The position numbers were made by a program, and so were the translations under genes. A DNA stretch of 39,045 nucleotides from Catajapyx aquilonaris (Eukaryota). Location: NCBI GenBank assembly GCA_000934665.2, contig KZ538949.1, positions 1 to 39,045 of the forward strand, in the 5' to 3' direction. The notes under the pieces are model-generated. The model was not told where the DNA came from. It was given only the letters and a program-made list of their open reading frames with translations, and did no database searches. Positions within the stretch are counted from its first letter, which is position 1. The number at the start of each line of letters is the position of its first letter. This document shows, in pieces, positions 11,940 through 23,120 of this stretch.

Positions 11940-12695
11940 TTAGAAAGCCTTAAGGCCATAGGCGCCGGCGAAGGCGGGGGCGTATCCGCCATAGTGAGCT
12001 CCGTATCCACCATAGTGAGCTCCGTATCCGTAAGCGGGGGCAGCGAAGGCTGGGGCATGGGCCACGGCCGGAACAATAGCCTTGGCCACGGGAGCCACGG
12101 CCACAGCAGAAGGATGGCGCACGAACGAGCTATGGCTGTATCCGGTCACGAGGGGAGCCTTGGCGACAACGGGAGCATGGGCGACGGCGACTGGGGCATG
12201 GGCAACTGCGACAGGGGCAGCATGGGCGACAGCTACGGGAGCATGGTGCACAAGAGGGGCGGCATGGTGCACGAGAGGGGCGGCATGGGCGACAGCTACG
12301 GGAGCATGGTGCACAAGAGGGGCAGCATGGGCGACAGCAATTGGAGCAGCGTGGTAAGCGGCCACTGGAGCACCAATGTATCCAGGGGCGCCAAGGTATC
12401 CAGCAGAGGCAACGGCCACCAGGGCAGCGAGGATCACCTGTACAACGGGAGAATTGCAAACGCCAACCGCATTGCTGGCAACAACCCCTAGTTTCACAAC
12501 AGAAAGTCCCCCACTCCCTAGTGACGCGACTCAGTCAATGCCCTTTGCTGGGAATCGAACCCAGATCCACTACTAAGGTAAGCAGTGTGTTCTGCCATTA
12601 AACTACAAAGGCGCGTGGGATGAGTATGCTGTCACAACTGAACCCTAAGTCCGTACCCCCCAACCTCCTTCCCTGCCACTCACCAGCTTGTACAT
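11940..12695 (-). CDS. Low-complexity Ala/Pro/Val/His-rich cuticular protein (no R&R domain), 169 aa; exons 12695-12684 and 12437-11940
   Basis: ATG TAC AAG CTG|GTGAGT, then a 246-nt intron ending tacag|GTG ATC CTC. Signal peptide [24 protein letters not shown] repeats, GYG-rich C-terminus, TAA at 11942-11940. TATA and AATAAA are at the expected positions. Confidence 0.93.
12540..12612 (-). ncRNA. Intronic tRNA-like cloverleaf homologous to 36308-36378
   Basis: The minus strand reads GCCTTTG TA GTTT AATGGCA GAAC A CACTGCT TACCTT AGTAGTG GAT CTGGG TTCGATT CCCAG CAAAGGG C. This gives a 6-bp acceptor stem, a D-stem, a 7-bp anticodon stem and a T-arm identical to the other copy. Confidence 0.7.
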
Positions 12696-12761
12696 GACTG
12701 CGGTTAATGGAATCAAAAACTGGCTGCTGGGTCAAGTTGTTGTGATGCTTGCAGTTAGAAC

Positions 12762-12798
12762 GACTGTGCTCTGCCACATCGGGCTGCACACCTTTATA
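12762..12798 (-). promoter_or_regulatory. Core promoter of cuticle gene 1: TATAAA (12798-12793) and Inr-like ACAGTC (12767-12762)
   Basis: TATA lies ~31 nt upstream of a motif resembling the arthropod TCAGT initiator and ~100 nt upstream of the ATG. Confidence 0.65.
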
Positions 12799-14832
12799 CT
12801 GACTCTCTCGACCCAGACCTCTTTTTGGGCGATCACTGTGAAGGACAGCCACATGGGCTGTACCACCGAAAGGTTATCTCTACCTTTCAACTTTTTTCTC
12901 CCCTCCCCCTTCCCACATTTTGCGAAGTGAGTGGCTTCCTCAGCGCCCCTAGCATATTATATACTGAATACGTATAGGGAAGGGCTATTTAGTAATTTAT
13001 GGATGCTGGCACAATGGAGAAATTTCACTGCCTCTCTGGGCTTCCCTCCTCAACTCATTCAGTTTTTTTTGGCAAGGTTGCTCATCCGTAAGTCCTACCC
13101 CCATGCCTATCTTTTCTCAAAATCTTGTATGCTCCCACCCTAAATATTGCATCCTCATATTGTATAACAACACTGGATGGAATCTTCTACCTATATGAAA
13201 TTTTAAAAGACTGTTAGTCATAATTATGTTGTCAATTAATTTTAAAGGTGGACAATAATTATTTGGTTACGTCGCATGATTTGAAGTGGACATACTGCAT
13301 TTCCTAATCAATTGATCAATATACTGTATATTTATCAAGATTTGCGTGCGAGAATTTTAAAATATCTAGTTATTCACAGTATAGCCTACAGTGTTCGTCT
13401 ATTAATTTCAAATACGTGTTTACACAATCATATTAAATCTATCGAACTTGTATGTAACTCGAGTGTTATAGTTTACATCTATACGTCTGTGCACGCTTTT
13501 GTGATGTCCTGAGGGTATTTGCTGCATTACGAAAGTGTTCAAGATTGCAACTTCAGCCACAAAATTTATTTTACCTCAGAGCAGATCGACACTTGATTAC
13601 CCTAAAACAGGTCCATTCCGATCTATATAGCCTCTCCCCCAAAAAAAACTCGTCAGAGAAGAACATGAACGCTCCAAATAGGATGAAAGTGAATGGTCAT
13701 GATCAGCACACCTTTTCCATATTAAGATACTTAGCACCCTACATTCAATTCCATTCAAAAGATCACTTCGTCATATGACTGGAAAAAAACTGATGCATCT
13801 AGAATTACGTACCCTGCTCCTATTACCTAAGAGCATCGCCGTATGCAAATCAGTTGGAGGAGGAGGGGGGGGGGGGTCTGGATGGAGGGTATGTCACTTT
13901 CAACCCCGTTATTCGACTTCCAAAACTGGTCTACTCCTGTCGCATGCAGTAATATGTCAGTGAACGGAGACGCCTCCCACATAGTAAACATTATATACCT
14001 CAGCGTTGTTTTACTTTTGGTGACACATATTTTTTGCAGTACATTACGTCATCAGAATATATAGAGTGAATACAAATTGAGGTAGGTGCGCAACACTTAA
14101 ACTAGTTCATTTTAAAATGCCTGAAGGGCTGCATGGAGAGGAATTCTAGGTGGCCTCGAGGTTCCGCTTCGAATCACATAAGTAAAGGCGTGAGAAATGC
14201 TGCCTTTGTTCATACAATTAGAAAAAAAATGATATCATAACTTAATTATTTTGCTATGTAGCCTGCAAGTCGCTTGCTACCAGAAGTAAATAGAGTCTAT
14301 TATAGTAACATGACGGATGACGGGAAGTCCAAATTCATAACCTACAGCTGGCTATATCCTAGACAAAACTTTACTAAATTTTGTTTTGCAAATTGTGTAC
14401 AAATTGATGAGGTATTTTCCAAATATAGGCCACAGCTACTTACTTTCTCCGTCCTTAATCCCTCTCCAGTGGAAAATGTATAAAAATATCACAATATTAA
14501 TAATCTCTCCCACAATACTGATGGCTCAACTGAAACTATTGTCCTTTTTCACGCAACTTACAGTTTATTTTTATTTGTTCTGTACAATAAATACGTTTAT
14601 CACAGAATTAGCACAATTTAGGGGTGTATTCACTGTACGTAAGGGTTGCATTTGCGGAGTCTCCCAAGCCGAACAAAGGTGAGGTCATTAACTTTAACGA
14701 ATTATAAATATAAACTTATTAAAACAAATAAAAAGTAAAAAAGAGATGTCCTATTCGTATCATTACAACGCCATGCCTTTCTGGAAATTAATACGCCTCT
14801 TTTAATTTCAGACTTTATTCATTAATACTCCA

Positions 14833-14998
14833 AGTTGATGGATTTTGATATCGGGAAGAAACATGGTTATTCCAAGAAAACTGGCATGCACTCGGACAGA
14901 ACCCATCAAAATTCTTTCCATTTGAAAGTCCTCCGTCCCACACGGGGATCAAACTCTGAACCTCAGTGATGGAAGTCTGTGCCGATAACCACTATAGC
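14833..14998 (-). mobile_element. Degenerate SINE, family B (V-SINE-like), copy 2
   Basis: Collinear similarity to 17600-17772, e.g. GAACCCATC(A/G)AAAT, ACCTCAG, ATAACC(A/G)CTA and ATTTTGAT..GAAAC. Confidence 0.6.
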
Positions 14999-16506
14999 AG
15001 TTTGAAGTCATAGTACTGGACTAATAACATAACACGTTGACTGCTTTAGGACTTGAAATGATTGTTCCTGTCAGTGCTGGGAACTCAAAGTAGGGCAATC
15101 GTGGCTCCTGGTTTTCCTTCGCGAGCTAAATGTGGCAGCAAATTATTCCTAAGACTTGCGCAATTCTATTCATGCGAGATTAAGATGCATAACCTCAGGT
15201 TCCGTGACAATACGTCCTAGAGGGAAGAAAGGCGTGGTCCATGGAAAAAAAAATCAAAGCACGAAACTATTATTGCTCCTGGGTTCTGAAATCTAAAAGT
15301 GAGGACAACGAGTACAATAAATTCACTTTATTACCTTGCATGTTGCATGTCTATTTGCACAAGCTAAATTTTAAGCTAAGTGTAAGGACGGTACTCTAAA
15401 CGTTAAATAATTATTTTAAAAAGTGTGGCCTTGGAAATTGCGATGTTTCTTGTTAGGGATGAAGAAAGCTGTAAAATCCGTATTCATGGAATAGGATGGA
15501 CGACTTAAAGCTCATTATCATTTTTGGAGATGTGTCAACTTTGTGAACTATCACAATTCCTCCTGACTTCCTCATGCAAATTTGACGTTACAGTCACAGT
15601 AGTATTGCAGGTATGAAGATATGAATAAAATACTCGTTTTGTATAGATCAGTGTTCCATTTGGTTCTTCCGGTTCACAGACACTGTATTGCCAATTAATG
15701 GATTTATTGCTGTCTATAAATGCTACTATAGCGGCAGAAAAATCTAAAGAATGCTAACAGCAACGACCTGCTTCCACTAAGTATAGAAATTGCTTTAGTA
15801 TAGCCGCTCTCACTTTCTATTACTTCCCTTCTGTTCCTTTTTAAATGACAGTTCTGTAAAATCTGACGTATTGCAACGCATAAATAAACCTTTTGTGCTC
15901 CACAAAGACTGTACAAGGACGGATGAAATAATGCCGTGTTGACGTTTTATGTTATGAGAATGTTTGAAAAATTGTCCATTCGTGATTGTGACAAATGTGT
16001 CAACGGTAGTAAGTTGCTTTCATAATATATTATACAGACGGTCATATTCTGACTTTTTACAGGGATAACAAATGAACAGTAGATGTTAATTTCAGTGATG
16101 CCAGTTTAATTGGCCATAAGAAACACTGTCAACATGTGGGCACGACTAAAATTATATATTAAGTTGCTGTATATATGACATTATGTAAATTATATGAATA
16201 TTTAAAACATACTACCGGTAAATACATATAGCTACTGCTTAACAAAATGGATACTACTCTATTTGCTAACTATAAATACTTTTTCAACACATTACAATCT
16301 TTGGACATTTTTAAAGTGAGACTGCACCCTTTAACTTTTACATAGAACTATTGCACAAGAAATATAGTTTGTTGGGCAACTTTCTTCCACACACTATTAA
16401 AATACTGCAAATAATGGCATAATATACTCGTACAAACCCTTATTATGATCGAATTAATGAATAAGTCCCTAATACAAATTGCATTTGCTACAATATGATC
16501 AACTAG

Positions 16507-16567
16507 GTAATTTGACAATGACATTTCCACCTGAGTAATTTGACAATGACATTGCCAGCTGAGTAAT
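16507..16567. repeat. 28-bp tandem duplication GTAATTTGACAATGACATT(T/G)CCA(C/G)CTGA x2
   Basis: Two adjacent copies with 2 mismatches, plus a partial third copy. Confidence 0.8.
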
Positions 16568-17147
16568 ATTGTTTTATTTTGCAAACCAACCCCTGAGAAT
16601 GTCACTCTGAAACTGTATAGAATTAATCCTCTGTAATTGACTTGATGTTTACACTTGGCCCTGACCTGCCATTAAGATTTTTATTGCTTCTTACCATTTA
16701 AAGAGAGTTTACGTGGACAATAATCACAAATGAACAGGACTCTCATTTGATAGGAGCTCCTTTTCTTTTATCACACATGCTAATTTGCGGAATTTTAATT
16801 TCTCATTTATTGGTAGACTCTCACTGGGCACTTCTGGCGTGCTGGCAAACATTAGTTTACATTTTATGTATTCCCACGTCTCTGCTTGAATTATCTTGTT
16901 CCACGATCTCAACACAAAAATTTTCCCTCCTGGACTGACACCTCACGGTCAAGAGTAATTATTGCTGAATGCATGTAATAAACACAATGGACTATTAAGA
17001 ATCCGTGACAGCAATATGAGCAGCTTGAAAATTATTAAATGCCTGACAATAAAACCTGTAGTGTACTTAAATCACAATTTCTGGAAAAGAATTTTGCTGC
17101 AACTGAGAGTTAAAAATATTCCGTAGCCCTAAGTGCTACTGCTACAT

Positions 17148-17196
17148 TGTTATTGTTATTATTATTATTGTTGTTGTTGTTGTTGTTGTTGTTGTT
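17148..17196. repeat. Compound (ATT)n/(GTT)n microsatellite
   Basis: Read directly from the sequence. Confidence 0.9.
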
Positions 17197-17599
17197 CAAC
17201 AGAATGCACAGAACATTCCTAGTGAACTGTAACTTTTTTTGGAACCACAAACACCAGCATTGTGTGGCTAATAATTGCTAATACTATTCCTATGACATAC
17301 TGTGTAGCTCATATCCATGTCAGTAAAAATCTTGAGGACTCTCATTTTTCCACTCGCTCCTGTCGCTGGACTTTTACGTGTAGGAGTGTGTTACATGCAC
17401 CGTTGGAAAGCCCATGGGCTATGCAGGTTTTACAACCCTCCATTTTACGACGTTTCGCATTAACGACTTTTTCAAAATTGCCTTTGAAATAGAAAACTGA
17501 AAAATTTTAAGAAAAAATCGAAACTATACATTATATACACCACAGCAACACCCGACTCCAAACACACTATTGGCGCTTATTTTGTTTTTCGTGACGCAC

Positions 17600-17772
17600 T
17601 GTGGCAGGAACTGATAGTGATGAATTTTGATTGTGGAAAGAAACTAAAAACTGAGAAAATCCACACGAACACGGAGAGAACCCATCGAAATCTAAACGCT
17701 CTGACTCAGCGACTGAATTCCGGACCTCAGAGGTGAAAGGCTGCTCCAATAACCGCTAAACCACCGTGCCGC
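17600..17772 (-). mobile_element. tRNA-derived SINE, family B, with V-domain-like core
   Basis: Minus-strand head GCGGCACGGTGGTTTAGCGGTT and core GTTCTCTCCGTGTTCGTGTGGATTTTCTCAG..TTTCTTTCCACAATCAAAA resemble the V-SINE consensus as recalled from memory. Confidence 0.6.
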
Positions 17773-17938
17773 ATGCGCCTTATCAATTATCTGTAGCAAC
17801 CAGACAATACAAACATGGCCTCTTCTGGCAGTTGTTTTTAAAATTATAGCCTAAGGTTTTCTCTGTCATTTAAACCTGCTATTTGCAAAATATTTATTGG
17901 GTAAAACTATACACATAAACCTGCAGCGTGGGATTTAC

Positions 17939-18018
17939 CGTACAATATTTAATTAATATCGGTATTAGTCGTGATGAATTCATCACGACTAATACCGATA
18001 TTAATGAAATATTGTACG
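17939..18018. repeat. 80-bp spacerless palindrome, one mismatch
   Basis: CGTACAATATTT...GTGATGAA|TTCATCAC...AAATATTGTACG. Confidence 0.92.
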
Positions 18019-18486
18019 ATCTCGACTGTAGTGTGAAGGCAGAATAATGCGTTGTCTCAAGAACTGACCACAGTTGAAATACCGAATCTCAGGCTACAAC
18101 TTTAACCTAGAAAAAATAAATTCAATCTAAAACACGACACCACCCCCAAAAGCAAAAGTATTGAAGAACGTTCATGTTTGCTCCCTAGTGAAACTCTTTA
18201 AAAGCTTCGATATAAAATTTTGCTCAGGTGTCGTACTACTGTCTCCTTCTCACGCCTTCAATTACGATCGATCTTTCCACACAATAAGAAAACACTACGG
18301 AAAAACCGGACCCGAACAAACATTTCCAGCGGGAGTGGTATCTACATTTCATTAAGCTTAAGGCGCAATAACCTGTTGAAAGGTGTAGCAATGGGCGTAT
18401 ATCGACAGGGTCTTACCATCGGCGCAGTGATTTACTATTCACTAAATATTTGTCAATTGCAATCACATATTATGATCCAGTGCTAA

Positions 18487-18794
18487 CAGGGTGGTCCACT
18501 AACTCCACTCTTCCGGAAGGTATTGGATCCACATGATTGCTTGCACGTAACTTTCTAAGTAAACCATATTATGCAAAATGAATTACGATTTTATGAAGGT
18601 TGAAAAGTCTTTGTTATCAATAATTACATTACTATAAAACGATTCACAGTAAACTGTGCTTAAGGCAATGTCAGATTTAAAAAATTTGCTGTATTTTGAT
18701 TATGTCTTTCATTCATGTGCAGATATTGTTATCAAGTGTAAACACTATCCACAGAGTAAAACAATAAGAGCCGGAATGTTGTTAAACCACCCTG
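18487..18794. mobile_element. Degenerate CAGGGTG-terminated MITE
   Basis: ACAGGGTGGT (18486-18495) is inverted at 18786-18795. The TSD is not intact. Confidence 0.35.
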
Positions 18795-21729
18795 TGAGTG
18801 TAGGAGTCGCATTAACATTTAATTGCGGGATATTAAACAAGTCACAAAGCTTGAAATGGGCGCACCCAACAGCCATATCGACTGGACCACCATAATTACA
18901 AAATATCCCTTAAAATTGGACATGTCCGGTCCGGTTTTGCGTACGACTCCATCTGATATCAATCTAAACCATTTTCTCACCGTGAAAGCGGTGCCGAACA
19001 GTGTGTGAGGGACCTTGGTTCCTCTCAACAATTCACTTCCAGTTCTCAAGACACCCCCGACCCCTTCCCTCCTCTCCTCCATCCTCTTAAAAAAAAAGAA
19101 AAAAAAACTTAAAAAAGAAGCGGGCGGCCTTCAATTCTGGCGATCTCTTCGTTTTCGCAGAGGGAAGGCGAAGGTTCAACTCCTTGAGCGAGAAAAAAAA
19201 TCTATCTCTACCTTTTATCGCAACTTTTGCGAGTTGGCTTGCTCAACAAGAAACTCCGGTAATACCGTTTGCATTTATTCGCGAAATAAAAGAACTGATC
19301 TTCGATTGAAATGATATGGCCTTGGCCTAACCTTGCTGATTTAGAGCGTGTATTCTTTTTCTTCTTTTTGAAAATTTTTCTATAGATGTAAGGTGGAAGC
19401 TGAACAATAAACCTTGTCTTCTATCTCTCGTATAAAGCCTTCTCCGGTATCAATATCATCGCTTATGTACGAGCCAATTTGCACTCGGAGCGACAATTCT
19501 TCGCAGCCAAGGCTTCCTATTCGCTAGTCAGAAATTTGAGCATGGTACAAGCTACTGATCATATTATCACGCCCTAGCAATAGCCTATAGAAACCCCCCC
19601 TCCTTTTGCTCCCAACGTCTTTCACTTTCACCTCTTTCCATTAGCAGGTATCGACAGCGTGGGTGAATATCCTAATAGGAGCAAGAAATCGACAGCTGGC
19701 AAGTTCACCAAAGGTGTGAAAATGCGGCCACCTTCACTTGCGCAATTCTTGCTCTTAAGCCAATTTTTTTTGCGATTGTCAATCATGTCATGATGTGTTG
19801 AAATGTGCAGGCGTGATAATATTGTGACAATATTGGCATACATGTGGACATTATTGGCAGCTTTTTAATATCGTCTAGTCATGGTTTCCAGAAAGCTTTG
19901 GGACTCAGGCACCCCATTCGTGTGAGTATAATTTTGTTTGGCCACATCAATATGCTGCAGAACTACAAGTGACAGAAGATCGCAGAAGATGGAAGTTGCT
20001 TCACAAAATTGGTATGTTTAGCAAATACTCCTTAGCTTTGGACGTTACAGTCACCAGGCAATAAACTGTCGCAATAAAAATTATAATCTCAGATAAATGT
20101 AACAGTTTTAGTGACAGAGACCCTGGGAGTATACCGTCATCAGCACTTGTCCATGTCAAGTATGTAAAAAAAAAGCACATGAGAGGTGATGATTGTATAG
20201 AACCAGAATACGTTTGATCGAACCTGTATTTGAGTAGGTCATTATCAAAACCAGGCTATCTGCTTCAATAAGAATCCTTCAGAAAACACGAATTTAAGAT
20301 TTAGTGAGTCTTTTCACGGCCTAGGTGACCTTGCCCAGTGAGAGGTAGATATATTTTAACGATTCGTTCTATCCAAAAAATTATATAGGGCATTGTGATA
20401 TTGGAATAGGCCAAGGAATTGCACCTTCTGCTTTCCATTATGGAATTGTTACTTGACACAGTTTTAACAGTAGCTAACTGATGTATACACAGCCACTAAT
20501 TGATTCAATTTCAATAATCTTCGCAACTTGTACTGTATAGGCTAAAATAGCTTAAGAGGTAACAAAATAACTAGTATTCATAATCTTAAAGCGGTTTGTG
20601 CCAGTTACTATCTACGCATAACCAACACTCTAACGACAAGTACATGCACCTAAATATGATGCTGCCTATTAACAGGATTCCAGAAAAATTGTTACTACGT
20701 ATATTAGTGGACGCAAATGTAAAGCGATGATCACATTTAACATTATTTTGTTGATGCCCTCTTTCCAGCGAGCTACACCTAAGAGTCGACTGCTGTGTAT
20801 GCAACCCATTATGCCCACACATAATATTCCACAATTCGGCGCGCGATTTCGTGACAGTTTTTCTATCAGAAGAAAGAGGGCACCCACGTACACATCTTGG
20901 AATATTACGACCACTTTCATTTTCGTCCAACTGTATACCAATTCACGCGGAAATCTCGTCTTTAGCAGGTACAGTTGGCCAATATTTTCAAGGTGCACCT
21001 TATATGCAGTATTTGTGGCAAAATTGTGGCTGGCACTGTCTTGAACTGATAACGAATAAAATTTATTCCATCACGTGATGAGCCTAGGATATGTATGGTT
21101 ATAAAATTAATTTATTCTCCTCTAATTGTTGGTGAAGTTTTACAATATTTGTTAATTGTAGAGAAATCTTGGAAATGAATTGCAAAAAAAAATCACAAAT
21201 CCCTGCCGCAATTTGTCAGTATATTGTTGCCAATATCCAGCAGCAGCAGCATCCAATAAACCCCCCGCATATTCCAGGGAGCTGACACACTCACAATAAA
21301 GGTAAATCACTTAATAACACACCCTCAATCCTTAATTACGCCCCACATTTTTTACGACCACATCAACACCATTGTTTCTATGAATCAAGTCACGCAAGTT
21401 CAACGCCACTGTCCCCGTCCAGCTACCCCCGATTTGAATCCCATCAAGTCAAGCAGTAGACCCTGGTTTTTCATTATGGAAAGGTCACCTGCAAATGCGT
21501 GACACACTCATTGCCAAGGCTACGAGGGCCAGCAAGTTCCTTCCAGGGGCCGAAAGACCAACTCGTCGAAGGTCCTACCTCTCACACATGCACGCCCTTA
21601 CTCTTTCACTCCTTTTTTATACTGTATCTCCTTCTGCTCAAGAACCCCCAAGCCCTGACTATTGGCTCTGACATTCATGATTGACGACCTTGCAAGATGC
21701 AGGAAATGGATAGGTGCCCTCTACCCGAC

Positions 21730-21767
21730 TATAAATTGGGGGGCTCGGATCGCCTAATGCATCAGAC
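21730..21767 (+). promoter_or_regulatory. Core promoter of cuticle gene 2: TATAAA (21730-21735) and Inr-like ATCAGAC
   Basis: TATA-to-Inr spacing is ~31 nt, and TATA lies ~100 nt upstream of the ATG. Confidence 0.65.
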
Positions 21768-21828
21768 GCTTACCATCCACGACACGCTATTTTTCCAGTC
21801 TTTAGGAAAACCTAACCTCATCATCATC

Positions 21829-23053
21829 ATGTACAAGCTGGTGAGTCACTTCTTGGTTAGAAGGGTTGCTTGGTGTGCAGGATAACGCTCAGGTTTTGGG
21901 AAAAGTGTAGCCTATAGCATACCTGTTTTTTATTCAAGAGCTTGGGTGTTTGTTCATAAGGGTTTTGATTAGATGGATAGTTCATTATCGTAATTAAATG
22001 AACACAAAAGATTTTATGCATCCAGTCGCCTTGGCGGAAGGGTTCATTTATAAAGCAAGCATTGGGTAGGATCCACAGAGTGGGGAATCAAATCAAATCA
22101 ACAAACAAATGTAGGCGCTGGCGCGCTTCAAAGGGGATCGCCTCATGTTGCACAATTATGGCACCTTTTAATTAGAGTATCGTTTGACACAGTGCCAATT
22201 CAATGGAATTCTTTCCACGCGGAGGCATTCCACTCACGAGTGTTAATGTAAATGCCACTTTCCCAATGAATAGAGTGAATACATAGAGGTGAATGTTAGG
22301 TAAGGGTACATCCAGGCGTTTTGAATTTTTATATTAAAAACTGTTTATTCCACGCTGAAATTCTTATTCTGTTGAAAAGCAGAGCAGTTTCTAAATCGGC
22401 AGGCGGATTGTCAAGTTTTTAAAAGTACTGTAAGGGTCTTACCATGATCCCATTAGCATTTATGAGCCATTTCTGGAGAGGTAAAAGCGGTGCCATACAC
22501 AAAAATTGTCACAAACTAGAAAAAGTCATATTTTGGCACATTTTGCGCCACTGATTCACTCGATTCACTGAAACATATTAGATATGTGGACCTAGGAGGA
22601 ATACATTATCAAAAATCTCTTTTCAAGGTGGTCTTCGCTGCCCTGATTGCTGTGGCTGCTGCCCGCCCTGGATTCTTGGGCACAGCAGTCCATCATGCCC
22701 CTGTTGTCCACGCTGCCCCTGTTGTCCACGCTGCCCCTGTTGTTCATGCCGCCCCTGTGGCTGTGTCGCACGCCCACACTCATCACATCGCCCGCACTGC
22801 CCATGTTGTCCATGCTGCCCCAGCTGTGGTCCATCATGCCCCTGTGGTCCATCATGCCCCTGTGGTTCATCATGCCCCTGCTGTTGTTCACGCTGCTGCC
22901 CCTGCAGTTGTGACCCACCATAGTACTTCTGCCTTTGTTCATCATGCCCCAGCTGTGGCTGCTGTCCACCACGTCGCCCCCGTCGTCACCGGGGTCCACC
23001 ACTATGCCGCACCTCTCCATCATGGTCATCATGGTTTCGCCAAGGTTCACTAA
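21829..23053 (+). CDS. His-rich low-complexity cuticular protein, 145 aa; exons 21829-21840 and 22628-23053
   Basis: ATG TAC AAG CTG|GTGAGT, then a 787-nt intron ending ttttcaag|GTG GTC TTC. Signal peptide MYKLVVFAALIAVAAA, (V)HHAPVV/HAAPVV repeats, 31 His by hand count. TATAAA at 21730 and AATAAA at 23115. Confidence 0.93.
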
Positions 23054-23114
23054 AGAATTTGCCTTCGCAATTTTATGTTTTATATTTAAATATCGCTCCG
23101 AGAGGCGGTCTTCT

Positions 23115-23120
23115 AATAAA
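23115..23120 (+). terminator. Polyadenylation signal AATAAA of cuticle gene 2
   Basis: About 60 nt past the stop, followed by a T/GT-rich tract. Confidence 0.6.

Noticed and set aside
11994..12601. Overlapping ORFs (165 aa +, 91 aa +, 109 aa -, 86 aa +) over cuticle gene 1
   Set aside because: They are antisense or alternate-frame shadows of a GC-rich repetitive Ala/Pro/Val/His coding exon and have no promoter or splice support.
21972..22100. Possible third tRNA-like element in the gene 2 intron (TAGTTCA...TGAACAC; GGGTTCATT)
   Set aside because: There is no TTCGA T-loop, T-stem or acceptor stem, so it is too degenerate to call.
22586..22627. ORF-track N-termini for the cuticle proteins (MDLGGIHY..., MKLGVVAS..., MRHLLLLN...)
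   Set aside because: These are intronic read-through from non-ATG starts. The better-supported start is the upstream MYKL micro-exon, which completes the signal peptide.
22592..23050. 152-aa Met/Gly-rich minus-strand ORF, and the analogous 36501-36956 ORF
   Set aside because: They are antisense mirrors of cuticle genes 2 and 3 (CAT His codons read as ATG).
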